DNA of 64,000 bases from Nitrosopumilaceae archaeon (GTDB lineage Archaea > Thermoproteota > Nitrososphaeria > Nitrososphaerales > Nitrosopumilaceae): NCBI GenBank assembly GCA_965207375.1, contig OZ242274.1, forward strand, positions 1,824,001 to 1,888,000, written 5' to 3'. Numbering within the stretch: position 1 is the first letter of the stretch; every line of letters begins with the position of its first letter. The position numbers and the translations under genes were made by a program. Of this stretch, positions 21,571 through 35,339 are shown piece after piece. A model generated the notes under the pieces. The model had not been told where the DNA came from. It saw nothing but the letters and a program-made list of their open reading frames with translations, and searched no databases.

Positions 21571-21659
21571 TAATGTGTGATTGCTTTGATAATGTGTGAT
21601 TGCTTTGATAATGTGTGATTGCTTTGATAATGTGTGATTGCTTTGATAATGTGTGATTG
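21571..21659. repeat. 19-bp tandem repeat, ~4.7 copies, in the IS 3' non-coding region
   Basis: taatgtgtgattgctttga units at 21571, 21590, 21609, 21628 and a partial unit at 21647. Confidence 0.95.
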
Positions 21660-21884
21660 ATCTGCTGGTACAGGCAGTAATCTAGGCACGGGCAATTCGG
21701 AGAAAATTTGCATATTGACTTTGACCAACAGATAAAGCAGAAGAATCCTTCTAAAAGTTTCAATGTTTGTTTAGTATAATTTTTGTATTTATGTTTTAAG
21801 AATACGACGATGCTGTCCACTTAGAGAATTTTGACAAAATCGTAGATATTTCTTTGATCCAAATTATATCATTTGCTACACATC

Positions 21885-21998
21885 CAGTTAACCCACCAGC
21901 AACGCAGAATCTGCTGCAATATCCGGCGGAGGCTTGGGATTGATCTGATATTCGAACAACATTGTAATTTTAAACTCAAGTGTGACAAATGAGATTCT
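21885..21998. repeat. Dispersed repeat, copy 2 (homologous to 2153-2266)
   Basis: Same shared blocks as copy 1; minus-strand translations LEFKxxMxFExQINPK...DSxLxVG*. Confidence 0.75.
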
Positions 21999-22306
21999 AT
22001 GTTTTTTGTTCTCAAATCCTGTTACGTGACAACCATATCTGTGGAGGCAGAGATGATGTTGATTTTCGCTCCAATCCGTGTAGTACCGAGCCAATCACCT
22101 TTCTTCCTACTTGGTTCTATTTTAATTTTTGAGAGACCTTACGTATGAACGCAAGAACCAAAAAAGCACGGCTCACTTGAAAACCCCAACAGAACAAGCC
22201 ATGATCAAAGTTGATGGTAAGAACAAGTGGATTACACTTTTTCAAAATGCCTCACTTTACAAGGAAAATTCAATCTAGGCCTCTATAACTTCACAGAACC
22301 ACAATG

Positions 22307-22966
22307 TTATTCAATTAATAGTGACTGCACTAGTTGATCAATGTGACCTGTTTGTCCAAATGAGACATCCCTGAGAATTCCCTTTCTATCTACAACTATA
22401 GTAGAGGGTGTTCCTTGCAGTGAAAACTTTTCAAATGTTTCTGCAGAGTATTGTTTTGATTTCATATAATCTCTGACTTTGTTTATTATTTGATTTTTAT
22501 AATCTTCTGGCTGGGAATCAAATCCGGGGATCTGCCCATGTATAAACTCCAGAATTTTTTCAGGGTTAGGATCACCTTCTATTTTTGTCAGCTTGTCCAT
22601 TGCAACAGGAAACGGTATCTTGTAACGGAGTCTATTAGAATCTAGTTGTCCATGTTGCGTCAATCCACTCAATGTATCGCCAATAACCTCACCGGTCTGG
22701 ACTAATTTCTTTAGATTGTCTAGTGTGTTTTTATCAAAATCTTCAAATGCTGTGGCAATTCCTAACACTCTGACCCCATCATCTTTGTACTTGTTGTATA
22801 TGTTGATCATTTCAGGTATACCATACAGAAAACAGCCAGGACAGTTTACCTGAAATATCTCTGCCACTACAATGTGATCCTCTTCTTGATCAAAGTTTGT
22901 AGGCAGTCCCTGCACCCATTCTGAAACGCCCAAATTTGGAGCCTTTTGGTCAATTACAGCACTCAT
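22307..22966 (-). CDS. TlpA/peroxiredoxin-like redoxin
   Basis: FQVNCPGC motif, GTPSTIVVDRKG. Confidence 0.82.
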   Translation of the reverse strand: MSAVIDQKAPNLGVSEWVQGLPTNFDQEEDHIVVAEIFQVNCPGCFLYGIPEMINIYNKYKDDGVRVLGIATAFEDFDKNTLDNLKKLVQTGEVIGDTLSGLTQHGQLDSNRLRYKIPFPVAMDKLTKIEGDPNPEKILEFIHGQIPGFDSQPEDYKNQIINKVRDYMKSKQYSAETFEKFSLQGTPSTIVVDRKGILRDVSFGQTGHIDQLVQSLLIE

Positions 22967-23336
22967 GAATGATTTTTCAGTTGTTTGTATTAAAAAGATA
23001 ACTGTATTTTTAGATAGATACAAAGTTTTTTACGTTAACTATTGACAAAATTTTCTGGAGAAATTTTTCTATTTCTGTGAAATCAGAAAACTTTGAATTT
23101 AATTCCAAAGATTGGAACTAGCCAAAATATCTCTTGTGTGAAGAGTTGTTTGATGTCTAAATAACACATAATGACTGAATCAGATAGAACATAACACATC
23201 ATGCGTTTTACAGATAAAACAGTTACAAAAATTATATAAAAAATATAGTCGTGTATAGCTTTCGCTAGGGGATTCAAAAATGAATCATCATGCATAGTCT
23301 CTATGTATATGGCTGAACCAGTGTGTTGGTCTATTA

Positions 23337-26307
<2,971 letters not shown>

Positions 26308-26460
26308 CTGGCAAATTCAGCCACATATTACACGACTATGCATGACGATCATTGCAAGGTCTCCTAGGGAGGAGACCCCACTACATCCTTCATACATCAC
26401 TTTGGTGATGCATTGCATTTGATGGTTTGTGAAGATTAATTGTGCATCCGACACAATTTC

Positions 26461-27933
<1,473 letters not shown>

Positions 27934-28208
27934 CTTAGTCGTTTATGATTATGGTCATACATTATACTTAATGGAATTGAAACGGATGCACTTAATCTTC
28001 ACATTTCAGAACTGATCTCTTGATCAGATCCTCATCTTGTATGCGAAACTGGAGGCTCGTGAATCATAAAATGGTATACTACCATACTTCATCACAAGCG
28101 CCGCTCTTGCGTTTCGTATGCAGAATTTTGAATTGGTCAAATACATATAAACCATCGGAAAAATTACCGATCTTCATACAACATGTTGTAAAATTTACTG
28201 AGGAAAAA

Positions 28209-29525
28209 ATGAAAAACAATACCCTAATTACAAAATACAAAAGAAAAACGCCAAAATCGGCAAAACTATTTGCAAAATCGGCAAAATTTCACATCAATGG
28301 AGTGAGTCACAACATACGATTCTTTGATCCCTATCCATTTGTTACAAAAGCAGCAAAAGGCAAATTCCTCATAGATGTTGATGATAACAAGTACACAGAT
28401 TACTGGATGGGTCATTGGAGCTTAATTTTGGGACATGCCTCAGAGACGGTAAAAAAAGGAGTCAAAGATCAGTTGTCAAGAGGATGGATGTATGGTACAG
28501 TCAACGAGCCTACAATCAAACTTTCAGAATTAATTCAAAGCGCAGTTCCTGTTGCAGAAAAAATTCGTTATGTAACATCAGGTACTGAAGCTACAATGTA
28601 TGCAACAAGACTTGCTCGAAGTGTCACGGGAAGAAAAATTATTGCAAAGATTGATGGCGGATGGCATGGATACACATCGGATTTATTAAAAGCTGTAAAC
28701 TGGCCATTTTCAAAATCAGAAAGTAGCGGACTTGTAGATGAGCAGTACATCGTGTCAGTTCCTTACAACAATCTTGTAGAGTCAATCAGTATTTTAAATT
28801 CTATAAAAAAGGATCTAGCAGGAATAATTATAGAGCCAGTATTGGGTGGAGGCGGATGTATTGCTGCCACACAGGATTATCTAAAAGGCATACAAGAGTT
28901 TGTTCACAAAAATAATTCATTGTTTATTTTAGATGAAATTGTAACAGGATTCAGATTTAGATATGGTTGCATGTATCCCACAATGAAGCTAAGTCCAGAC
29001 ATTGTTACATTGGGGAAAATTGTTGGTGGAGGATTTCCAATAGGGGTAATTTGTGGAAACAAAAAAATTATGAGTTATGCAGATACTACTAAATTTGGAA
29101 AGGAGCAAAGATCATATGTTGGAGGCGGTACATTTTCTGCAAATCCTGCGTCAATGACTGCAGGATACAAGACGCTTTTAAAACTTGAAAGGTCAAAGCA
29201 GATTTATTCAAAGATGGACAAAATTGGCCAAAAAGTAAGAACACAAATTGCCAAGGTTTTTGACGGCAAGGTGATCACTACCGGTACAGGTTCACTGTTT
29301 ATGACTCACTTTTCCCAAGATAAAGTAGAGAAAATTACAAATGCAGCAGATGCTGCAAGATGCAATACAAATCTACTGCACCAGTATCATTTCAAAATGA
29401 TTGCAGAGGATGGCATATTCTTTTTGCCAGGCAAACTAGGGGCGATTTCTGTTGCACATGGCCAATCAGATGTGAAAAAAATGATATCTGCCACAGAGGA
29501 TTTTGTGTGCAACAACAAGATTTAG
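28209..29525 (+). CDS. hemL: Glutamate-1-semialdehyde 2,1-aminomutase
   Basis: [31 protein letters not shown]. Confidence 0.85.
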   Translation: MKNNTLITKYKRKTPKSAKLFAKSAKFHINGVSHNIRFFDPYPFVTKAAKGKFLIDVDDNKYTDYWMGHWSLILGHASETVKKGVKDQLSRGWMYGTVNEPTIKLSELIQSAVPVAEKIRYVTSGTEATMYATRLARSVTGRKIIAKIDGGWHGYTSDLLKAVNWPFSKSESSGLVDEQYIVSVPYNNLVESISILNSIKKDLAGIIIEPVLGGGGCIAATQDYLKGIQEFVHKNNSLFILDEIVTGFRFRYGCMYPTMKLSPDIVTLGKIVGGGFPIGVICGNKKIMSYADTTKFGKEQRSYVGGGTFSANPASMTAGYKTLLKLERSKQIYSKMDKIGQKVRTQIAKVFDGKVITTGTGSLFMTHFSQDKVEKITNAADAARCNTNLLHQYHFKMIAEDGIFFLPGKLGAISVAHGQSDVKKMISATEDFVCNNKI

Positions 29526-29550
29526 AAACTATCGAGCATATCACGATACA

Positions 29551-29694
29551 ATGGATGAAAAACCAAAAAGGCCATCAAACACACAAAAAGAGTATAAAGA
29601 GGCACTAGCAAGCGAGGATCCTACCAACATATCACAAAAAGACCTGCAAGGACTAGCTAAAGAGGCTGTAAAAAAATTCAAATCCATGAATTAG
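29551..29694 (+). CDS. Small hypothetical protein
   Basis: 47-aa ORF filling the gap between hemL and the TPR gene. Confidence 0.5.
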   Translation: MDEKPKRPSNTQKEYKEALASEDPTNISQKDLQGLAKEAVKKFKSMN

Positions 29695-29704
29695 GTGCGA
29701 AATT

Positions 29705-30526
29705 ATGGGATTATTTGGAGGAAATGAAAAGCCAGAAGATCTGATGTATCATGCAATGTCACTAGTAGAGAAAAATCAGCCCAAGGGGGCAATAGCACTG
29801 TTTAACAAGGTGCTAAAGCAGGAACCAGAAAATGTATCGGCAATTTACAACAAAGGCCTAGCACTAAATCAAATAAAAAAATACACAGATGCAGTCACCT
29901 GCTTTGACCTCATTTTAGAGCGCAATCCAGAGGATGCAGCAGCCCATAACAACAAGGGCATAGCAATGGCAGAGATGGGCAACATACAGTCGGCAGCACA
30001 GTGCTACGACAGTGCAATAAAGGCTGATCCAAAATATGCGGCTGCTTATTTTAACAAGGGAGTACTGTTTGACAAACTAGGAGAGTACAAAGACGCACTA
30101 GAATGCATGAATCAATCAATTCAACAGGATCCCAGAAAGCCAAATTCGTTGTTTTACAAGGGAATAATTTTGGGAAAGATAAAAAAACACGAAGAGGCAT
30201 TGAATTGTTTTGAAAATGTATGTAGGAAATTTCCCAGACATAGAGATGCAAAATTTCACAAGGCAATAGAGCAGGCAGAGTTAGGAGAGCATAAAAAAGC
30301 AATTCGTATTTTTGATGAAATTCTCAAAGAATACAAAGACAATGTAAATGTCATTTACGCAAAATCTCGCAGTATGGCAGCATTAGATGAAAATACTGCT
30401 GCAATGAACTTGCTAAAGGAGGCAATATCTGCAAATCCAAAAACCATCAGAGCATGGGCAAAGGAGGAAAAGATCTTTGAAAAATATCACACATTTGATC
30501 AGTTTAGGAAAATGGTAAAGATCTAA
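29705..30526 (+). CDS. TPR-repeat protein
   Basis: Repeated AxYNKGxxL...A..CFD units. Confidence 0.88.
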   Translation: MGLFGGNEKPEDLMYHAMSLVEKNQPKGAIALFNKVLKQEPENVSAIYNKGLALNQIKKYTDAVTCFDLILERNPEDAAAHNNKGIAMAEMGNIQSAAQCYDSAIKADPKYAAAYFNKGVLFDKLGEYKDALECMNQSIQQDPRKPNSLFYKGIILGKIKKHEEALNCFENVCRKFPRHRDAKFHKAIEQAELGEHKKAIRIFDEILKEYKDNVNVIYAKSRSMAALDENTAAMNLLKEAISANPKTIRAWAKEEKIFEKYHTFDQFRKMVKI

Positions 30527-31224
30527 AGTATTTTGTTGCGTACAGCATCAATACGCATTGTTGCAGTTTTCTTTTTAGGGCCAAACAAAATCACTTCAAA
30601 AATTGGAATGTAAATTTCAGTAATTTGTAAAATCGTTATGTCCTCTGTAAGATCACGAATCTCATCTTCGAGTTCGGGGGTCAATCTTTGGGTTAATTTT
30701 GAAATAAATTCAGCAGTAGAACACATAGGGGCAATTATAGTCAATTTGTTTTTTTCCAATATTTTACGAGGATAGTTTTCTATGGTTTTTGAATTTATTT
30801 TAAATGGAAATTTGATTTCTTTGCCGCCGGAATCAAAATAAAATTCCCCTTCGGATTCGATAAAGGCGTGTTCCTCTAGTGGCAGATCAACTAGGTTTTT
30901 GCCTAGTTTGCCAGATATTTTTCGCTTAAAGTGAGATTTTGAGCGTACGGGAAAAAGGCCATCTCCAAAAACTATCTCACTAACATTTTGAGAAACAGAT
31001 ACAGTATGTATGGCTTTACGGTAATAATCTGACTTGTACTTGCCAGAAATCATTGTTACGCATTCATAGTTTAAAACCACAGATTCGACATGTACGTCTT
31101 TGCGCTTTGGTTTACGAAGCATGGAACGAAAATTATCGATCTTTTTCTTTTCGACTAGAACAGAAACATCTTCATCTGTCATGGTTTTTTTTAAAACTAT
31201 TGTTTGTGTCCTGTATTTTTTCAT
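30523..31224 (-). CDS. Hypothetical protein
   Basis: 233-aa ORF, no motif recognised. Confidence 0.7.
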   Translation of the reverse strand: MKKYRTQTIVLKKTMTDEDVSVLVEKKKIDNFRSMLRKPKRKDVHVESVVLNYECVTMISGKYKSDYYRKAIHTVSVSQNVSEIVFGDGLFPVRSKSHFKRKISGKLGKNLVDLPLEEHAFIESEGEFYFDSGGKEIKFPFKINSKTIENYPRKILEKNKLTIIAPMCSTAEFISKLTQRLTPELEDEIRDLTEDITILQITEIYIPIFEVILFGPKKKTATMRIDAVRNKIL

Positions 31225-31294
31225 GTATAAAATATAAAATTCTATCTTTTAAGTCATAGCTAAGTATATCATAGACAAAGATGTACAGAGTACC

Positions 31295-31747
31295 GTGAAG
31301 GTTAATCTATACACCAAAGGCAATCAGAAAAAGATCAATCCAAATTGGTTTACAGAAAAAACACACATGAAAGAAATTGGAGATTTGTTAAAGGTCTCAG
31401 AGCAAAAAATGTATCATGTATATTTTGAAAATGGTTCAAAAACCAAACTGCACCAGCACAACGGCAACCAAATTCTCATAGTTACAGGTGGAAAAGGCAG
31501 ACTAGAGACATTTAAAAAAATCGGAATACAAGCAAACAACTTTGTGATAAAAAAGATAGAGCAAACCTCATTGAAAAAAGGTGATGTCGTGTATATCCAG
31601 GCAAAAACACTGCACACTCACGGTTCGACTAACAGAAATACGTTTTCTCATATTGCAATAAACATATTGCCAAGAAAAAACGCAGAATACAAAACCACAT
31701 GGTATGAATCTAATTTCAAGGATGTAGTTTCTAAAATTATAAAATAA
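31295..31747 (+). CDS. Cupin-domain protein
   Basis: LHQHNGNQIL and GDVVYI...LHTHG motifs. Confidence 0.8.
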   Translation: MKVNLYTKGNQKKINPNWFTEKTHMKEIGDLLKVSEQKMYHVYFENGSKTKLHQHNGNQILIVTGGKGRLETFKKIGIQANNFVIKKIEQTSLKKGDVVYIQAKTLHTHGSTNRNTFSHIAINILPRKNAEYKTTWYESNFKDVVSKIIK

Positions 31748-32188
31748 ATATGCATGAGTGTTTTTAATTATTTTTGTATAAAGGCATAGCCACATATTGT
31801 GTTAAAAAAATTCAGACAAGTTTTAGATACAGACTAAAGTTTACAGCAGATGACTCTACACAATTAAAACATTGATTCGACTAGCCATTATCTCAAATGT
31901 GTCTTAGATTCTGCTAATTTTGACTGAGGCCAACTAATCTTAATCGGTTAAGAAATATCATTGCTTCAAATATCATCAAAAATAGATTCATCTAATATCG
32001 ATCATAATCCTCAGATATACAAAAAATATCGATTACAGTTTTGCATAACAGCAACCAAGTATAACCTCAGAATCGCCCTCTAAGATTTGCCGTATCGTGC
32101 CACAATGACTAGACAGTTTCAAAAGGATATTACATAAACTCGATCTTTTACTATTTGTTTTTAAAATAGGAGATAGACTGTAAAACTA

Positions 32189-32839
32189 GTGAATACTCAG
32201 CAAGCATATCAGACCTTAGAATTAGACAGGAATGCGTCACTTGACACAATTAAAAATGCATATAGAAAACTAGCACTAGAATCACATCCTGACAAAAATT
32301 CAAATGAACAAGACGGTCTGAAATTCAAAAAGGTAACAGAGGCATATCATGTCTTAAAAAAACATTATGAGACAGGAACTGCAAAATACAACTCAAGACG
32401 GCAAGAGCCAAAACCACAGTGGGGGGCACCTCCAAAAGACAATCCCCCAGAAGAAGACTGGGGCAAATTTACCAAAGAGTTTGAAGAAGGAGATCCCACA
32501 TGGTGGAAGGAGTATGAAAAAAAATTCTGGGAAGAGTATGATAAAACAATTAATGCAGATGGAAAAAATGGAGAGTTTGAAAAAACCGCAGAGCCCAAAA
32601 AACAGCCAGATTTGCTAGTTGACGTGGATCAAAGCCTATGTATAGGTTGTTGCAGTTGTGAGATTATAGCACCCAATGTGTTTCATATTGACAAAAAAAC
32701 ACAGACAAACCCAAAATCCAAAGTGATTAACGCAAGGGGTGCGGGAATAAACAAGATAATGAATGCCGCAGAAACGTGTCCTACCAAAGCAATTAACGTA
32801 AACAACAAAGATACAAAGGAAAGGTTATTTCCCTACTAG
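32189..32839 (+). CDS. DnaJ-ferredoxin fusion protein
   Basis: J-domain HPD motif; CIGCCSC...CP ferredoxin cysteines. Confidence 0.9.
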   Translation: MNTQQAYQTLELDRNASLDTIKNAYRKLALESHPDKNSNEQDGLKFKKVTEAYHVLKKHYETGTAKYNSRRQEPKPQWGAPPKDNPPEEDWGKFTKEFEEGDPTWWKEYEKKFWEEYDKTINADGKNGEFEKTAEPKKQPDLLVDVDQSLCIGCCSCEIIAPNVFHIDKKTQTNPKSKVINARGAGINKIMNAAETCPTKAINVNNKDTKERLFPY

Positions 32840-33243
32840 ATGCTTAACTTGTTTTGTAATTGACAGAGTTTTTCCTCATCCAAACAGATCTTGTTTTTAA
32901 ACATAGAGTGTACAGCTGCTGCACCGTCAGAATCGGATCTAGGAATCAAATGAGCGTGAACGTGTGGTATCTCCTGTCCGCTTTGTTTGCCATTATGTAT
33001 TGCAATCAAGGTTGCATTTGTCAAAGAGTCAACCTTGGATATTAGCTTGTGGACCGCATCAAAAAGACTAGCATTAATATCAAGAGGCATCTCCTGAACC
33101 TTTTCATAATGTTGTTTTGGAATGACTAGGCAGTGTCCCTCAGATAGAGGAAACGCATCCAAAAACGCTAGCACATGATCAGTTTCAAATAATTTTTTTG
33201 AAGGAATATCACCTGATACTATCTTGCAAAATATACAGTCCAT
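32836..33243 (-). CDS. HIT-family hydrolase
   Basis: DCIFCKI and HVHAH histidine triad. Confidence 0.92.
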   Translation of the reverse strand: MDCIFCKIVSGDIPSKKLFETDHVLAFLDAFPLSEGHCLVIPKQHYEKVQEMPLDINASLFDAVHKLISKVDSLTNATLIAIHNGKQSGQEIPHVHAHLIPRSDSDGAAAVHSMFKNKICLDEEKLCQLQNKLSI

Positions 33244-33277
33244 AATGAACATTACAAGACATGAAATATTTAAAATA

Positions 33278-33556
33278 TCATGGAACTATTTCGGCCCATG
33301 CAAGACCGTGGCCATACCGGATATTGACAACCTCTCCTGTAGTCAAATTGCAGTTTTTGATAGTTTTAGGAATATCATCAGATGTTTCAACATAACATGT
33401 TCTGTTATCATTTTTTAAAATTTCAACCTCTTCAAAGACATCTTCTCGTATAAGATTCCAAAATGGAAATACCACAGTTGCAATTATAATTGCAGCCAAG
33501 GCCAAAGAGCCACCAAAAATTATTCCGTATTTTTGGCCAAAACTGAGTTCAGTCAA
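33278..33556 (-). CDS. Hypothetical membrane protein
   Basis: Single TM segment; TTG start estimated. Confidence 0.6.
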   Translation of the reverse strand: MTELSFGQKYGIIFGGSLALAAIIIATVVFPFWNLIREDVFEEVEILKNDNRTCYVETSDDIPKTIKNCNLTTGEVVNIRYGHGLAWAEIVP

Positions 33557-33557
33557 T

Positions 33558-33722
33558 TTACCACGTGCCGTCTCCGCCGCCACTAGGATCAAATTTTTTC
33601 TCAGGAATGTTTCCGTGAGCCTTTTTCATGTGTTTTTCAAGGCGTTGGGGCATATGCAGTTCCATACCGCATTCTTTGCATTTGGTACCTTTCTCATCTT
33701 TTTTTCGTCCAAAGAGTCCCAT
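33558..33722 (-). CDS. Small C2H2 zinc-finger protein (54 aa)
   Basis: Manual translation MGLFGRKKDEKGTKCKECGMELHMPQRLEKHMKKAHGNIPEKKFDPSGGGDGTW; CxxC-x12-HxxxxH spacing. Confidence 0.75.
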   Translation of the reverse strand: MGLFGRKKDEKGTKCKECGMELHMPQRLEKHMKKAHGNIPEKKFDPSGGGDGTW

Positions 33723-33773
33723 TAAAAATTCAATTTTTGAAATACATTATAAAGGATACTAGATACACTGCAA

Positions 33774-34919
33774 ATGATGGATGTAAAAAACATCACCGTT
33801 TTAGGTTCTGGAGTTATGGGTCACGGAATAGCGCAGGTATCTGCAACTGCAGGATACAACATAGTTCTCAGAGACATCAAACAGGAATTTCTAGACAAGG
33901 CAATGGAGAAGGTAAGATGGAGTTTGGACAAGATGGTGTCCAAAGAAAAAATTTCAAAGGAGAATAAAGATGCAATCCTAGGTAGAATTAAACCAGTGGT
34001 GGATCTAAAAGAGGCAGTACGTGATGCAGAACTCATAATTGAGGTAGTACCAGAAATTATGGAATTAAAAAAAACAGTATATGCAGAACTAGACACGGTG
34101 GTAGGCAAAGAGGTAATTTTGGCATCAAACACTAGCACGCTGCCCATTACTGAAATTGCAAATACAATTTCACAACCAGGTAGATTCATCGGAATACATT
34201 TTTTCAATCCGCCACAATTAATGAAACTAGTCGAAATAATTCCAGGAGAGAAAACCTCGCAGGACATAATAGATATAACAAAAGAATATGTAAAAACAGT
34301 CAACAAGGAGGCAGTTTTATGCAAAAGAGATGTTCCCGGATTTATAATAAACCGGTTGTTTATTCCAATGGTGCATGAGGCCTGCTATGTCATGGAGAGA
34401 ACCGGCGCATCTCTTGAAGAGATAGACTCTGCTGTGAAATTCAAGCTCGGGTTTCCAATGGGAATTTTTGAGTTGGCAGACTTTACAGGTATTGACATAA
34501 TCCACAAAGCAAGTGTCGAGATGCATTTGCGTGATACAAAGGTCATCTTGCCACATCCCATAATTGAAAAGATGTTTGATGCTAAGAAATTGGGTCAAAA
34601 ATCAGGGCAAGGTTTTTACAAATATTCAGATGACAAATATGAGCGAGTGACACTATCAGAGGAATTAGCAGAAAGGTTTGATCCTATTCAATTAGTTGCA
34701 AACATTATCAACAATGCAGCATGGTTGGTTACAAACAAAGTAAGCGATATTGAAGAATTAGAAAAGGCAGCAAAATTGGGATTGGGTTTGAAAAAACCAA
34801 TGTTTGAAACAGCCAAGGAGACAGGTATGGAAAAAATTGTGGCAGAATTAAACAAATTAGCGCAAGAATATGGAGAGTTTTACAAGCCTGACTCTTTGTT
34901 AGATTCTACAAGTTGGTAG
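33774..34919 (+). CDS. 3-hydroxyacyl-CoA (3-hydroxybutyryl-CoA) dehydrogenase
   Basis: GSGVMGHGIA, SNTSTL, HFFNPP, GFIINR. Confidence 0.9.
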   Translation: MMDVKNITVLGSGVMGHGIAQVSATAGYNIVLRDIKQEFLDKAMEKVRWSLDKMVSKEKISKENKDAILGRIKPVVDLKEAVRDAELIIEVVPEIMELKKTVYAELDTVVGKEVILASNTSTLPITEIANTISQPGRFIGIHFFNPPQLMKLVEIIPGEKTSQDIIDITKEYVKTVNKEAVLCKRDVPGFIINRLFIPMVHEACYVMERTGASLEEIDSAVKFKLGFPMGIFELADFTGIDIIHKASVEMHLRDTKVILPHPIIEKMFDAKKLGQKSGQGFYKYSDDKYERVTLSEELAERFDPIQLVANIINNAAWLVTNKVSDIEELEKAAKLGLGLKKPMFETAKETGMEKIVAELNKLAQEYGEFYKPDSLLDSTSW

Positions 34920-35339
34920 TTTTTTTGGTGATTTTTAGAAACTAGGCAAAGTTGAATTCAGAGTATTGCGACAGGTATACTCAATTTTGTAAAGACGTTT
35001 TTGTACAAACATGATTGAAAAATAACCAAAGGTTACAACTTGTTTATGTAGCATGCCTGAAATCATGATTTTGATATTTTTGTACAACGTGGTTACAAAA
35101 ATCTTTATTTTGGTTGAGAGAATCAACAAAGAAATGAAAATCTCACCGTATAAAATCACGTCAAGTATTGTTGTTTTGCAAAATCCACATCAAACAAATA
35201 CAGTGTATCTTTTATCAGCAGGTACAAGTTATCTAGATTCAATTACACCGACAAAAAACTGCAACATGTCTGAATTTGAAACAGATGTAATCTTTGACAT
35301 ACAGTGTATGCTTGAAACTAGTTTTGGAGATGTACCAAA

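Larger units (their letters stand above)
19945..21747 (+). mobile_element. Complete IS6-like element (1803 bp) with ~70-bp imperfect TIRs and 8-bp TSD
   Basis: Left end gattctccagcgttaattgttggtcaaagtcactatgcaaattttctccggattgcgcgtgccta; right-end reverse complement gattcttctgctttatctgttggtcaaagtcaatatgcaaattttctccgaattgcccgtgccta. cttctaaa at 19937-19944 and 21748-21755. Confidence 0.92.
17976..21763 (-). pseudogene. OLD-family ABC-ATPase/TOPRIM nuclease split by an IS (gene parts 21763-21748 and 19944-17976)
   Basis: Removing the IS and one TSD copy gives MKLLEATLYNYKSIIETRIKFQPDVTCLVGITGSGKTSILELL (Walker A). Also QGSEGLQW, LLLDSP, IIYTTH and TOPRIM LFEGPSD. Confidence 0.85.

Noticed and set aside
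21571-21659. Possible CRISPR array
   Set aside because: Units are contiguous with no unique spacers, and no cas genes are present; it is a tandem repeat.
26308-26460. tRNA in the 16S-23S spacer or a linked 5S rRNA
   Set aside because: No cloverleaf or T-loop seen; an unlinked 5S is normal in Thaumarchaeota.
31750-32185. Long intergenic gap, possible ncRNA or gene
   Set aside because: AT-rich with no convincing ORF, repeat or structure beyond a short palindrome.
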